A stretch of DNA of 63,700 bases from Rubrivivax sp. (GTDB lineage: Bacteria; Pseudomonadota; Gammaproteobacteria; Burkholderiales; Burkholderiaceae_C). Below are positions 12,557 to 25,444 of this stretch, piece after piece. The stretch covers positions 1 to 63,700 of the forward strand of contig DATDER010000056.1 in the NCBI GenBank assembly GCA_036523095.1. The letters run 5' to 3'. The notes under the pieces were generated by a model. The model was not told the DNA's origin. It saw only the letters and a list, made by a program, of their open reading frames with translations, and did not search any database. Every line of letters starts with the position of its first letter. Position 1 is the stretch's first letter. Position numbers and translations under genes: made by a program.

Positions 12557-13123
12557 TCAGACGGCCGCCGGATTGCAGGCGGCGAACATGACCATGTCGC
12601 ACAAGGCCCCCTGCGGGTCGCGCTCGTAGGCGTGCAGCACACCCTCACGAAGCATGCCAAGCGAAAGTGCGAAATGCAGCGCGCGCAGGTTGCGCGCATC
12701 GCTGAGGGCGTGGATGCGCGCGAGGCCGAGCTCGAAGCCGGCATGCATGACGGCGAGCGCCGCTTCGCGCATCAGGCCGCGCCCCTGGTGCAGGCTGTCG
12801 CCGACGTAGCCGATCTCGCAGCGCGGGGCCTCGAAGTCGAAGCTGTGCAAGTCGATGCGGCCGACAAAGGCACCTGTCTCGGCGAGAAAGGCGTTGAAGA
12901 CCAGGCAGTCGCCTTCGTCGACGAACTGGCGGTCACGCAGGCAGAAACGCTCGGCCCAGGCAGCATCGCGCGCCTGCTGGCCCCAGGTGATGAAACGCAG
13001 CCCGGGCAGCGAGCGGTTCAGGCTCTCGACCACCGCCGCCGCATGCCCGGCATGCGGGCATTCCAGCACCAGGCGCTCGCTTTGCAACCGCCGCGGGGCT
13101 TCGATCAGCCGCTGGCGGTCCAT
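12557..13123 (-). CDS. GNAT N-acetyltransferase (RimJ/RimL type)
   Basis: CEIGY, HQGRGLMREA, N-x-RA motif. Confidence 0.85.
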   Translation of the reverse strand: MDRQRLIEAPRRLQSERLVLECPHAGHAAAVVESLNRSLPGLRFITWGQQARDAAWAERFCLRDRQFVDEGDCLVFNAFLAETGAFVGRIDLHSFDFEAPRCEIGYVGDSLHQGRGLMREAALAVMHAGFELGLARIHALSDARNLRALHFALSLGMLREGVLHAYERDPQGALCDMVMFAACNPAAV

Positions 13124-13142
13124 CCGCGATCGAGCCTCGGAC

Positions 13143-15890
<2,748 letters not shown>

Positions 15891-16053
15891 GCAGCGTGAC
15901 TCGTGTGGTGATCCGGGCCCTTGCGCGTCGCAACGCACGGGGCCGAGGGGGTCGTTAGCCCGAAGATGGCGCCGCTCGGCACGAGCACAAGGGCTGGCCA
16001 AGGGCAAAGCCCTTCACTTTAACACCGGCGCCGCCGCGCGGCCGAGCCGTCGG

Positions 16054-17013
16054 TCAGCGCGAGCGTGCAACCTTCGCGCCGGCAGCGGCAAGGGACGCGG
16101 ACGCGGCGAGAAAGCGCGCCGGGTCTTGCGGAACCCCTTCGACAAGGACCTCGAAGTGCAGGTGCGGCCCGGTCGAGCGGCCGGTGTTTCCCACACTCGC
16201 GACGAGTTGCCCGCGCCTGACGATGTCACCTGCCCGCACCAGGATCTTCGAACAGTGGGCATAACGCGTCATCAGCCCGTTGCCGTGATCGATTTCGACC
16301 AGTTGCCCGTACTGCGGGTGGTAGTTGGTCGACACCACGACGCCCCCCGCAGCGGCGTGGATCGCGGTACCGGTCTCGGCCGCGAAGTCGAGCCCTGTGT
16401 GCAAGGCCGGGCGGCCGGTCATCGGGTCGCTGCGGAAGCCGAAGCCCGAGCCGACCAGCGCGACGACCGGCGCCGAGTTGGGGATCATCAACGCACGCAG
16501 GCGGCTTTCGAGGAGGCGCGACTCGACGAGGGTGAAGATGTCGCCGGTCTGGTCGGCCGCTTCGTCCAGGCCGGTCACCGTACGCTGCAGTTGCTCCAGC
16601 GACGGGCTCGACAGCGGCACGTAGACACCGCCCTTGCCGCCGCCCGCGGCCGGACGCTGCAGCGGGCTCAGCTCCGACGGCTTGACGCCGGCCAGGCCCA
16701 CCACCCGTTCGCCGACCGCTTCGAGCTTGACCAGCTTGGCCTGCGTCTCGCCCACCTTCTGCGCAATGGCGTCGAGGTTCTCGCGCATGAATCGGTCGCG
16801 CTGTGCGACCTCGTCGCGCACCACGAGGCGCACGACCGGGCTCACCACGGGCCAGCCTTCACGCGCAGCCTTGAGGAAGAAGAAGTGGTAGACGGTGCCC
16901 GAGCACAGCATGAGCAGGCAGGCGACAGCCATCGCCGCCGCCGCCACTTGCCAGCGCTCGAACTGGAAAGATCGGGTTCTCGCCGAACTGCTGTCGGTGA
17001 TCAGGATCTGCAT
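16054..17013 (-). CDS. M23 family metallopeptidase
   Basis: HTGLD, YAH, STGPHLHFEV; N-terminal TM and coiled coil; usual neighbour of secA. Confidence 0.9.
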   Translation of the reverse strand: MQILITDSSSARTRSFQFERWQVAAAAMAVACLLMLCSGTVYHFFFLKAAREGWPVVSPVVRLVVRDEVAQRDRFMRENLDAIAQKVGETQAKLVKLEAVGERVVGLAGVKPSELSPLQRPAAGGGKGGVYVPLSSPSLEQLQRTVTGLDEAADQTGDIFTLVESRLLESRLRALMIPNSAPVVALVGSGFGFRSDPMTGRPALHTGLDFAAETGTAIHAAAGGVVVSTNYHPQYGQLVEIDHGNGLMTRYAHCSKILVRAGDIVRRGQLVASVGNTGRSTGPHLHFEVLVEGVPQDPARFLAASASLAAAGAKVARSR

Positions 17014-17095
17014 CGGATGTGCCCTCTTCGTGTGCCAAGGGCCAGGGACCGGGGCGCGTGGACGGGGCAGCGCGGCCGCCTGGCGGGTCAACGAG

Positions 17096-17171
17096 TGGTG
17101 CCGACTATCCGAATCGAACGGATGACCTCCCGCTTACAAGGCGGATGCTCTACCAGCTGAGCTAAGTCGGC
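17096..17171 (-). tRNA. tRNA-Thr(TGT)
   Basis: GCCGACTTAGCTCAGCTGGTAGAGCATCCGCCTTGTAAGCGGGAGGTCATCCGTTCGATTCGGATAGTCGGCACCA: 76-nt cloverleaf, anticodon TGT, encoded CCA. A TACAAT -10 lies at 17182-17187. Confidence 0.97.
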
Positions 17172-17197
17172 GCAGCCCGGGATTGTAGGGATGCCGC

Positions 17198-17728
17198 CTA
17201 CTTGATGCGCTTGAGCGACGGGCGTCCGCCCGCAGGGGGGGGCGTCGAAGGGTCTTCGTCGGGCGGGTTCGCACTGTCGGCCGTGCGCTGGTCGGTGCGG
17301 GCCAGGTGCAGCACCGGCGCTGCCGCCGGCAGCCCGTCGGCAGGCGCCGTCGGGGCTGCGCGCCCCGAGCCGGGCGCACCAGCGGACGACTCCGACGGCA
17401 TCGGGAAAGCCATGCCCTGCCCGTTCTCGCGTGCGTAGATCGCCACGACGCGGTCGATCGGGACCATGATCTCGCGCCCGACGCCGCCGAAGCGGGCCTT
17501 GAACTCGATGAAATCGTTGCCGAGCTTGAGGCCGCTCGTGGCCTCGAAACCGACGTTGAGCACGATCTCGTTGTTCTTCACGTACTCCATCGGCACGCGC
17601 ACGCTGCTGTCGACGTAGACGGCGACGTAGGGCGTGAAGCCGTTGTCGGTGCACCAGTCGTGCAGCGCGCGGATCAGGTAGGGCCGGGTCGAGGTGCCCT
17701 GCGATTCGGGTGACAGCGGTGTCGTCAT
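17198..17728 (-). CDS. sspB: ClpXP specificity-enhancing factor
   Basis: STRPYLIRALHDWCTDNGFTPY, AIYARENGQGM, C-terminal RPSLKRIK. Confidence 0.95.
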   Translation of the reverse strand: MTTPLSPESQGTSTRPYLIRALHDWCTDNGFTPYVAVYVDSSVRVPMEYVKNNEIVLNVGFEATSGLKLGNDFIEFKARFGGVGREIMVPIDRVVAIYARENGQGMAFPMPSESSAGAPGSGRAAPTAPADGLPAAAPVLHLARTDQRTADSANPPDEDPSTPPPAGGRPSLKRIK

Positions 17729-17745
17729 GGTCCGGTGGCAGTCAC

Positions 17746-18357
17746 CTACTTGCGCATCACCTTCTCTGACGGCGTCAGCGCCTCGATGTAGGCCGGGCGC
17801 GAGAAGATGCGCTCGGCGTACTTCAGCAGCGGCGCGGCGTTCTTCGACAACTCGATGCCGTAGTAATCCAGGCGCCACAGCAGCGGGGCGATCGCCACGT
17901 CCAGCATCGAGAAGTCGTCGCCGAGCATGTACTTGTTCTTCAGGAAGATCGGCGCCAGCTGCGTCAGCCGGTCGCGGATCTGGTCGCGCCCCTTCTCGAG
18001 CTGGCGCTCGGTGGCCTTGACGCCCCGGCCTTCGAGCAGGTTCACGTGCGCAAACAACTCCTTCTCGAAGTTGAACAGGAACAGGCGCACCCGTGCACGT
18101 GCCACCGGGTCGCCGGGCATCAGCTGCGGGTGCGGGAAGCGCTCGTCGATGTACTCGTTGATGATGTGCGACTCGTACAGGATCAGGTCGCGCTCGACCA
18201 GGATCGGGACCTCGTTGTAGGGGTTCATCAGCGCGATGTCTTCCGGCTTGGCGAAGAGATCGACGTCGCGGATCTCGAAGTCCATGCCCTTTTCGAACAG
18301 CACGAAGCGGCAGCGGTGCGAGTAGGGACAGGTGGTTCCGGAATAGAGGACCATCAT
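17746..18357 (-). CDS. sspA: stringent starvation protein A (GST fold)
   Basis: MMVLYSGTTCPYSHRCR, YIDERFPHPQL. Confidence 0.95.
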   Translation of the reverse strand: MMVLYSGTTCPYSHRCRFVLFEKGMDFEIRDVDLFAKPEDIALMNPYNEVPILVERDLILYESHIINEYIDERFPHPQLMPGDPVARARVRLFLFNFEKELFAHVNLLEGRGVKATERQLEKGRDQIRDRLTQLAPIFLKNKYMLGDDFSMLDVAIAPLLWRLDYYGIELSKNAAPLLKYAERIFSRPAYIEALTPSEKVMRK

Positions 18358-18478
18358 GGCAGGGGGTTCCAGTCAACAGTGGGCCTCGGGGCCCTCAGAA
18401 CAAAAAGCAGGTGTCGCCGTGGCGGCCCGAGAACCCCCACCGCACCCATCGGCCCGGCGCAGCGCGGGCCGGGCAAGG

Positions 18479-19255
18479 TTACTTCACGTCTTTCCAGTAC
18501 GAGGCGTTCAGGCGCCACGCGATGACGGTGAAGATGAACAGGAACAGCAGGACCCAGACACCGAGGCGCATGCGCTCGTTCTGCACTGGCTCGGACATCC
18601 ACTGCATGTAGGCCACCAGGTCGGCCACGGCCTCGTTGTACTGCGCGCCCGACATCGTGCCGGCGGTGAGGGGCTCGAAGCCCTTGAGTACGTGCGTCAC
18701 CTTGGCCGCGTCGTGCGCGTCGGGCACGTCGGCGAAGACCGCCTTCTGCTCGCCCTGCAACTGCCACAGCACGTGGGGCATGCCGACGTTGGGGAACGCC
18801 GCATTGTTCCAGCCCGTGGCCTTGCTGCTGTCGCGGTAGTAGCTGCGCAGGTAGGTGTAGAGGTAGTCGGCACCGCTGCCCTTGGCACCGTCGGAGCGCG
18901 AGCGTGCGATCACGCTCAGGTCGGGCGGCACGCCGCCGAACCACTCCTTGGCCTGCTTGGGGTCGAGCGCGATCTGCATCGGATCGCCGACCTTGGCGTC
19001 GGTGAAGACGAGGTTCGCCTTGATCTGATCGTCGCTCAGCCCGATGTCACGCAGGCGGTTGTAGCGCATGTACGACGCGCTGTGGCAGTTGAGGCAGTAG
19101 TTGACGAAGAGCTTCGCGCCGTTCTGCAGCGCTGCAAGATCGGTCACCCGCTCGGTCGGGAACTTGTCCCAAGCGACGCCGTCGCCTGCCGCCCGCGCCC
19201 CGGTGGTGCCCAAGCACAAGACGGCGGCAAACACCAAGAAGAGTTTTTTCATCAT
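18479..19255 (-). CDS. petC: cytochrome c1
   Basis: CLNCH haem motif, PPDLS, C-terminal TM ending YWKDVK. Confidence 0.95.
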   Translation of the reverse strand: MMKKLFLVFAAVLCLGTTGARAAGDGVAWDKFPTERVTDLAALQNGAKLFVNYCLNCHSASYMRYNRLRDIGLSDDQIKANLVFTDAKVGDPMQIALDPKQAKEWFGGVPPDLSVIARSRSDGAKGSGADYLYTYLRSYYRDSSKATGWNNAAFPNVGMPHVLWQLQGEQKAVFADVPDAHDAAKVTHVLKGFEPLTAGTMSGAQYNEAVADLVAYMQWMSEPVQNERMRLGVWVLLFLFIFTVIAWRLNASYWKDVK

Positions 19256-19277
19256 GCTGGGATGGCTCGACATGGCT

Positions 19278-20681
19278 TCAATGCGCCTGGAAGTTCACGC
19301 GGTCGGGCACGGCCTTGAATTCGCCGATCCGGCTCCACCACGGCATGAGCAGGAAGAAGCCGAAGTAGAACAGGGTGCCGGCCTGCGAGACCAGGGTGCC
19401 GATGTCGGACGGCGGCTTGATCCCGAGGTAGCCCAGGACCAGGAAATTGACAACGAACACGCCATACAGGTACTTGTGCCAGGTCGGGCGGAAGCGGATC
19501 GACTTGACAGGGCTGCGGTCGAGCCAGGGCAAGGCAAAGAGGATCACGACCGCGCCGCCCATCACGACGACGCCCCAGAACTTGGCATCGAAGGTCTTCA
19601 GCGCGGCGACGACGACGAGCGCGCCGACGAGCACCGCGACCTTCCACAGCGTCGACAGCCCGCCCTTGAGCACGGCCAGTACCGCGGCCACCGCGACGAC
19701 ACCGACGAAGACGTTGATCATCGGGTCGGTGATCGCGCGCAGCATCGAGTAGTAGGGTGTGAAGTACCAGACCGGCGCGATGTGCAGCGGCGTCTTCAGG
19801 GGGTCGGCCGGTATGAAGTTGTTGTACTCGAGGAAGTAGCCGCCCATCTCGGGCGCAAAGAAGATCACCGCGCTGAAGAGAATCAGGAAGACGCTGACAC
19901 CGACGATGTCGTGCACCGTGTAGTAGGGATGGAAGGGAATGCCGTCGAGCGGCAGGCCGGTCTTGACGTCCTTGCGCGCCTTGATCTCGACCCCGTCGGG
20001 GTTGTTCGAGCCCACCTCGTGCAGCGCGATGATGTGGGCCACGACGAGCCCGAGCAGCACCAGCGGCACCGCGATCACGTGCAGGCTGAAGAAGCGGTTC
20101 AACGTCGCGTCACCCACGACGTAGTCGCCGCGCAGCAGCAGCGACAGGTCGGGGCCGATGAATGGGATCGCGGCGAAGAGGTTGATGATGACCTGCGCCC
20201 CCCAGTAGCTCATCTGGCCCCACGGCAGCAGGTAGCCCATGAAGGCCTCGGCCATGAGCGAGAGAAAGATCGCGCAGCCGAAGATCCAGACCAGTTCGCG
20301 CGGCTTGCGGTAGCTGCCGTAGATCATGCCGCGCCACATGTGCAGGTACACGACGATGAAAAACGCGCTCGCGCCCGTCGAGTGCATGTACCGCACGAGC
20401 CAGCCCCAGGGCACGTCGCGCATGATGTATTCGACCGAGGCAAACGCAAGGTTCGCGTCCGGCTTGTAGTGCATCACGAGGAAGATGCCGGTCACGATCT
20501 GGATCACCAGCACCAGCAGCGACAGCGAGCCGAAGAAGTACCAGAAGTTGAAGTTCTTCGGCGCGTAGTACTCCGACAGGTGCTCCTTGTAGAGCTTGCT
20601 CGCCGGGAACCGGTTGTCGACCCACGTCAACAGCTTTTGCGCCAGCGGCGCGTCGGCCGCTGCTTCCTTGAACTCGCCCAT
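19278..20681 (-). CDS. petB: cytochrome b
   Basis: RYMHSTGAS, PWGQMSYWGA, PVWY (PEWY variant). Confidence 0.97.
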   Translation of the reverse strand: MGEFKEAAADAPLAQKLLTWVDNRFPASKLYKEHLSEYYAPKNFNFWYFFGSLSLLVLVIQIVTGIFLVMHYKPDANLAFASVEYIMRDVPWGWLVRYMHSTGASAFFIVVYLHMWRGMIYGSYRKPRELVWIFGCAIFLSLMAEAFMGYLLPWGQMSYWGAQVIINLFAAIPFIGPDLSLLLRGDYVVGDATLNRFFSLHVIAVPLVLLGLVVAHIIALHEVGSNNPDGVEIKARKDVKTGLPLDGIPFHPYYTVHDIVGVSVFLILFSAVIFFAPEMGGYFLEYNNFIPADPLKTPLHIAPVWYFTPYYSMLRAITDPMINVFVGVVAVAAVLAVLKGGLSTLWKVAVLVGALVVVAALKTFDAKFWGVVVMGGAVVILFALPWLDRSPVKSIRFRPTWHKYLYGVFVVNFLVLGYLGIKPPSDIGTLVSQAGTLFYFGFFLLMPWWSRIGEFKAVPDRVNFQAH

Positions 20682-20720
20682 GGATACCTCGGATGATTCT
20701 TGTCTGTCGCGGGATCGCGC

Positions 20721-21317
20721 CTAGGCCTTGTTGTCTTCGCCGATCAACACCACGGTGTCGGAGACGTACATGTGTGGCGGCACTTCCAGGTTGTCGGGCG
20801 AGGGCTTGTTCTTGTAGACCCGGCCTGCCATGTCGAAGGTCGAGCCATGGCAGGGGCAGAAGAAGCCGCCGGCCCAGTCGTCCGGCAACGAAGCCTGCGG
20901 CCCGGTGGCGAACTTCTCGCTCGGCGAACAGCCCAGATGCGGGCAGATGCCCACGCCGACGAACACCTCGGGCTTGATCGAGCGCCACTCGTTCTTGGCG
21001 TAGGCTGGCATCGGGTAGGTCTTGCGTTGCGACTGCGGGTCCGCGAGCAGCGAATCCAGCGGCTTGAGGGACGCGAGTTGCTCCGGCGTTCGGCGCACGA
21101 TCCAGACCGGCTTGCCGCGCCACTCCACCGTCAGTTTCTCGCCCGGCTTGATCGCCGAAATGTCGACCTGCACCGGTGCGCCGGCGGCCTTGGCGCGCTC
21201 GGAAGGCGCGAAGGTGCTGACAAACGGAACTGCGACGGCGCCGGCACCGACAGCGCCCGCGCCGCAGGTGATGGCGATCCACGTGCGTCGGCTCGGGTCG
21301 ACTACAGCGTCACTCAT
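20721..21317 (-). CDS. petA: Rieske iron-sulfur subunit
   Basis: Tat SRR motif, CPHLGC and CPCHGS. Confidence 0.96.
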   Translation of the reverse strand: MSDAVVDPSRRTWIAITCGAGAVGAGAVAVPFVSTFAPSERAKAAGAPVQVDISAIKPGEKLTVEWRGKPVWIVRRTPEQLASLKPLDSLLADPQSQRKTYPMPAYAKNEWRSIKPEVFVGVGICPHLGCSPSEKFATGPQASLPDDWAGGFFCPCHGSTFDMAGRVYKNKPSPDNLEVPPHMYVSDTVVLIGEDNKA

Positions 21318-21515
21318 GGGAACCCTCTGGACAATTTTCAACGGTCTGCATCACCGAATATTCTAGCGGAGGCCTCGACGCGCCCCCGGGCCGCGCGCTC
21401 GGGCGCGAGCGCACTTGACGGGCGAGGTCTGCGCACCTACCGTGCGGGCGCCCGCGCCGGCTTCGAAAGCGACCGCGGTGCAGGCGGTATCCAAACACGA
21501 AGAGGGAATCTGGCT

Positions 21516-21941
21516 ATGAGTTTCGTTTCCGAGTTCAAGGCCTTCGCGCTCAAAGGTAACGTGGTCGACCTGGCAGTCGGCGTCATCATCGGCGCGGCGT
21601 TCGGCAAGATCGTCGACTCGATGGTCAAGGACCTGATGATGCCCATCGTCGGCCGCATCTTCGGTGGCCTGGATTTCTCCAACTACTTCGTCATCCTGGG
21701 CAACGTGCCGGCCGACTACAAGGGGCCGATGACCTACGAGGCGCTGTCCAAGCTGGGGGTACCCCTCTTTGCCTACGGCAACTTCATCACCGTGGCGATC
21801 AACTTCGCGATCCTGGCCTTCATCATTTTCCTGATGGTCAAGCAGATCAACCGCCTCAAGAGCGCCGAGCCGCCGGCGGCCCCGGCCACTCCCGAAGACG
21901 TGCTGCTGTTGCGCGAAATCCGCGATTCCCTGAAAAAGTGA
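21516..21941 (+). CDS. mscL: large-conductance mechanosensitive channel
   Basis: [31 protein letters not shown]. Confidence 0.95.
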   Translation: MSFVSEFKAFALKGNVVDLAVGVIIGAAFGKIVDSMVKDLMMPIVGRIFGGLDFSNYFVILGNVPADYKGPMTYEALSKLGVPLFAYGNFITVAINFAILAFIIFLMVKQINRLKSAEPPAAPATPEDVLLLREIRDSLKK

Positions 21942-21952
21942 CAAAAAAAGAC

Positions 21953-21979
21953 TCCTGCCCGCGGCCCGAGCGCCGATAA
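21953..21979 (+). promoter_or_regulatory. putative sigma28 (FliA) promoter
   Basis: TCCTG-N14-GCCGATAA: perfect -10, partial -35. Confidence 0.45.
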
Positions 21980-22019
21980 CACCCTGAGGAACCCCAAACT
22001 CGGGGACCGACTCCGTCCG

Positions 22020-24431
22020 ATGAGCGCCGAGCAAGCCCACCCCATACCAGCGTCGATCGCGCCAGCGGCCCAGCGGGTCAAGGAGGCCGCGCGCGCGGCG
22101 TGCGAGCGCACGGTCGAAAGCCTGAGCCTGGCAGCGATGTCGTCGAGCAACGTGCACCAGCGCGACGGGCTCATGGCGGCGCAGTTCGAGCTCCACCGCA
22201 AGTCGGCGGTCTTTGCGTTGACCTTCAACGAAGCACTCGACGACCGGCTGCGGCGCGACTTCCGGCCGCGCAGCGGAGCGACGGTCTCCACCAGCTGGGG
22301 CGCGCTGAGCCTCGTCGACGACCGCGAACACGAGGTCCAGATCGCCGCCGAGCGTTTCGGCCTCGAAGTCGGCCACAGTTGCGAATGGGAGCTGCGCGAG
22401 CTCGAGGGCTTCATGGGCCCGCTGTTCGCCAGTGCCGGCCATGCCCGGACAGATCAGGACCGCAACCCCTTGCGACCGGAAAGTGTCGGTTATGCGGTGA
22501 TCCGGGCCATCGAGTCGGTGACCGATCGCGCCGACGTGCGCAAGGTGCTAGAGGCCGAGTTCGCGCGCACGCTGTCGGCCACGATGCCGGCGACCTACGC
22601 GGCCGTGGCCGCCGACCTGAGCGCATCCGGGCTCAAGGCGGCCGGCATGGGCTACCGCGCCAGCGAAGGATCGGGCCACGATAACGGCCGCATCGGCGGC
22701 CTCACCGGCCCCGGCGCACTGGGCCAAGGCGGCCCGGCCAGCGGGCGCGGCGGCGATCCCGGCCCGACGACCGGCGGGCGTGGCTCCGGCCTCGGCGCCT
22801 TCGGCGACTCGCAGCGCAGCGGCATGGGCCAGCGCGGCGGGGGTCGAGGCGCCCCGATGGGCCGGGTCGATGCCGAACTGATGGCACTCATGCGGCGCCT
22901 GACCGCCTTCAGCGGCGGTGACGGCGGCGGCGGTGGTGGCGGCTCTCCCCGGCGACCCGGCGATCTCGCACCCTACGACAGCGGCACCGCGGCGTTCGAG
23001 GAATACACCGAAGACGGCCTGCGCCTGGCGGCGCCGAACCTGATCCGCGCTCACCGCGACGAACTGCGCCAGGTCTCCCACGGCGCGCTCGATCACATGG
23101 TGATCGACGTCATCGGGAGCCTTTTCGACCAGATCCTGTCCGACCCCAAGGTGCCGCCGCAGATGGCGCGCCAGATCGGCCGCCTGCAGCTGCCGGTGCT
23201 GCGCACCGCGCTCGGCGACGCCTCGTTCTTCTCGTCGCGCAAGCACCCCGTGCGGCGCTTCATCAACCGCATCGCGTCGCTCGCGAGCGCGTTCGAGGAC
23301 ATCGACGACGAAGACGGGCGCGAGTTCCTAAAGCTCGTGCGCGAGCTGGTGCAGGAGATCGTCGACGGCGACTTCGACCAGATCGAGGTCTACGAACAGA
23401 AGCTGCTCGTGCTCGAAAGCTTCGTCGCCGAACAGGCCCGGCGCGAAGCCAAGGAGAAGGGCGACGCGCCGGCGTTGCTGGCCGAGAAGGAAGGCGACCT
23501 GCGCGTCCAGCGGCGTTATGCGCAGTTGCTCGACGCGGCGCTCAGGCCCTTGCCGGCACCCGAGTTCGTGCGCGATTTCCTGTCGCAGATGTGGAGCCAG
23601 GTGCTCCTGAAGGCGGCCCGGGTCGACGCCGCCGATGGCGCGCGTGTCAAGCGCATGCGCCATGCCGCGCGCGAACTCTTCATGAGCGTGCAGCCCAAGG
23701 GCGAGCCGACCCAGCGCAAGGCCTTCCTGCTCCAGTTGCCGCGCCTGATGCAGGAGCTGAACGAGGGCATGGACCTGATCGGCTGGCCCGACACCGCAAA
23801 GAAGACCTTCTTCGGGCTGCTGCTGCCGGCGCACGCCCAGTCGCTCCGGGGCGAGGGGCTGAGCACGCTCGACTTCAACCTGCTCGCGCGCCAGGTCGAC
23901 GCCGCATTCGAGACCCCGGTGCCCCAGGTAGCCGACCTGCTGCCCGGCATCGACCTGCCGGTGCTGACCGAAGAGGCCGTGCTGCCCCGCTTCTCGGCCG
24001 AGGAAGCGCAGCGCATCGGCCTTGTCGACGAGGCCGCGTTCGACTGGGACGGTACGGTCGACATCGACATCGGCGCCGAGACACCGATCACCGAGGTCGA
24101 CATCGCGATCGAGGGCCTGCCGGCGCCCGAACCGGTCGAGGCGATGCAGGGCGAGTCGCTCGCCGAAAACGTGCAGATCGGCTTTGCCTACCAGATGCAC
24201 CTCGAAGGCGAGTGGCAGAAGGTGCGGCTGAACCACGTCAGCCCGGGGCGCACCTTCTTCGTCTTTACACGCGGCAAGCGCCACAAGCAGGCGATCTCGC
24301 TCACCCACCGCATGCTCGTGCGCCTGTGCGAGAGCAAACGCCTGCGTGCCTTCGAAAGCGCCTACCTGCTCGAGCGCGCGACCGCGCGCGCACGCCGGCA
24401 GCTGTCAGCCCTCAGCCCGGCGCTGGCTTAA
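22020..24431 (+). CDS. DUF1631 family protein
   Basis: IGRLQLPVLR, FFSSRKHPVRRFINRI, C-terminal PilZ-like WQKVRLNHVSP...FVF; Gly-rich insert. Confidence 0.8.
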   Translation: MSAEQAHPIPASIAPAAQRVKEAARAACERTVESLSLAAMSSSNVHQRDGLMAAQFELHRKSAVFALTFNEALDDRLRRDFRPRSGATVSTSWGALSLVDDREHEVQIAAERFGLEVGHSCEWELRELEGFMGPLFASAGHARTDQDRNPLRPESVGYAVIRAIESVTDRADVRKVLEAEFARTLSATMPATYAAVAADLSASGLKAAGMGYRASEGSGHDNGRIGGLTGPGALGQGGPASGRGGDPGPTTGGRGSGLGAFGDSQRSGMGQRGGGRGAPMGRVDAELMALMRRLTAFSGGDGGGGGGGSPRRPGDLAPYDSGTAAFEEYTEDGLRLAAPNLIRAHRDELRQVSHGALDHMVIDVIGSLFDQILSDPKVPPQMARQIGRLQLPVLRTALGDASFFSSRKHPVRRFINRIASLASAFEDIDDEDGREFLKLVRELVQEIVDGDFDQIEVYEQKLLVLESFVAEQARREAKEKGDAPALLAEKEGDLRVQRRYAQLLDAALRPLPAPEFVRDFLSQMWSQVLLKAARVDAADGARVKRMRHAARELFMSVQPKGEPTQRKAFLLQLPRLMQELNEGMDLIGWPDTAKKTFFGLLLPAHAQSLRGEGLSTLDFNLLARQVDAAFETPVPQVADLLPGIDLPVLTEEAVLPRFSAEEAQRIGLVDEAAFDWDGTVDIDIGAETPITEVDIAIEGLPAPEPVEAMQGESLAENVQIGFAYQMHLEGEWQKVRLNHVSPGRTFFVFTRGKRHKQAISLTHRMLVRLCESKRLRAFESAYLLERATARARRQLSALSPALA

Positions 24432-25444
24432 GGCTTCAGCGCGCGCCGCGCGGCCTCGATCGCGGCGACCAGGCTGGACGCGTCAGCGACGCCGCGGCCC
24501 GCGATGTCGAAGGCGGTGCCGTGGTCGGGGCTGGTGCGAACGAAGGGCAGGCCCAGCGTCACGTTGACACCGCGCTCGACGCCGAGATACTTGACCGGGA
24601 TCAGCCCGTGGTCGTGGGTCATCGCGACGACGAGGTCGAACTCGCCGGCGTGGCCGGGCGAGTCGCGTGCCCGCATGAAGACGGTGTCCGGGGCAAAGGG
24701 GCCACGCGCGTCGATGCCTTCGGCGCAGGCCGCCTTCAGCGCCGGCCCGATGACGGTGAGTTCTTCATCACCAAAGAGACCCCCTTCGCCCGCGTGCGGG
24801 TTGAGGCCGGCGACGGCGATGCGCGGCCGCTCGAGTCCCCACGCACCGGCCGCGTTGTGTGCGATGCGCAGCGTCTGCAGCACCGTGTCGAAGGTGACTC
24901 CTTCGATCGCGCGCCGAAGCGACAGGTGGATCGTCACCAGCACCACCCGCAGCTCGTCGTTGGCCAACATCATGCGCACCGGCGGCGGCGCGGCGCCCGC
25001 GGGGGTGGCTAGCGCCTGCAACATCTCGGTGTGACCCGGGAACCCGATGCCGGCCGCGGCAAGCGCTTCCTTGTGGATCGGCGCGGTCACGACGGCACGG
25101 GCCGCGCCGGCCTGCACCCAATGCACGGCCTGCTCGATGCACAGCGCCGCAGCGCGACCGGCACGTGCGTCGACCTGTCCCCAGGCCAGCCGGTCCATTG
25201 CCGGCGGCAGACCCGCGGGCTCGATCACCGGGATGCAGCCCGGCGGCACTGCGCCCAAGTCCCGCGGCGTTTCGATGTGGGCGACCACCATCGGCTGCGC
25301 CAGCAATGCCGACGCGCGCCGCATCACGCCGACATCGCCAATCACGACGCAGTCTGGCGCCCGGCCCAGCGAAAAGGCGCGTGCAACACACTCCGGACCG
25401 ATGCCGGCCGGGTCGCCCATCGTGATCAACAGCGTCGTCGTCAT
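24428..25444 (-). CDS. pdxA: 4-hydroxythreonine-4-phosphate dehydrogenase
   Basis: TMGDPAGIGPE, GHTE, LNPHAGE, RTSPDHGTAFDIAG. Confidence 0.93.
   Translation of the reverse strand: MTTTLLITMGDPAGIGPECVARAFSLGRAPDCVVIGDVGVMRRASALLAQPMVVAHIETPRDLGAVPPGCIPVIEPAGLPPAMDRLAWGQVDARAGRAAALCIEQAVHWVQAGAARAVVTAPIHKEALAAAGIGFPGHTEMLQALATPAGAAPPPVRMMLANDELRVVLVTIHLSLRRAIEGVTFDTVLQTLRIAHNAAGAWGLERPRIAVAGLNPHAGEGGLFGDEELTVIGPALKAACAEGIDARGPFAPDTVFMRARDSPGHAGEFDLVVAMTHDHGLIPVKYLGVERGVNVTLGLPFVRTSPDHGTAFDIAGRGVADASSLVAAIEAARRALKP

Noticed and set aside
17014-17171. tRNA-Thr as an integration site
   Set aside because: No integrase or duplicated tRNA 3' end was seen. The M23 gene follows within about 80 bp, so the site is empty.
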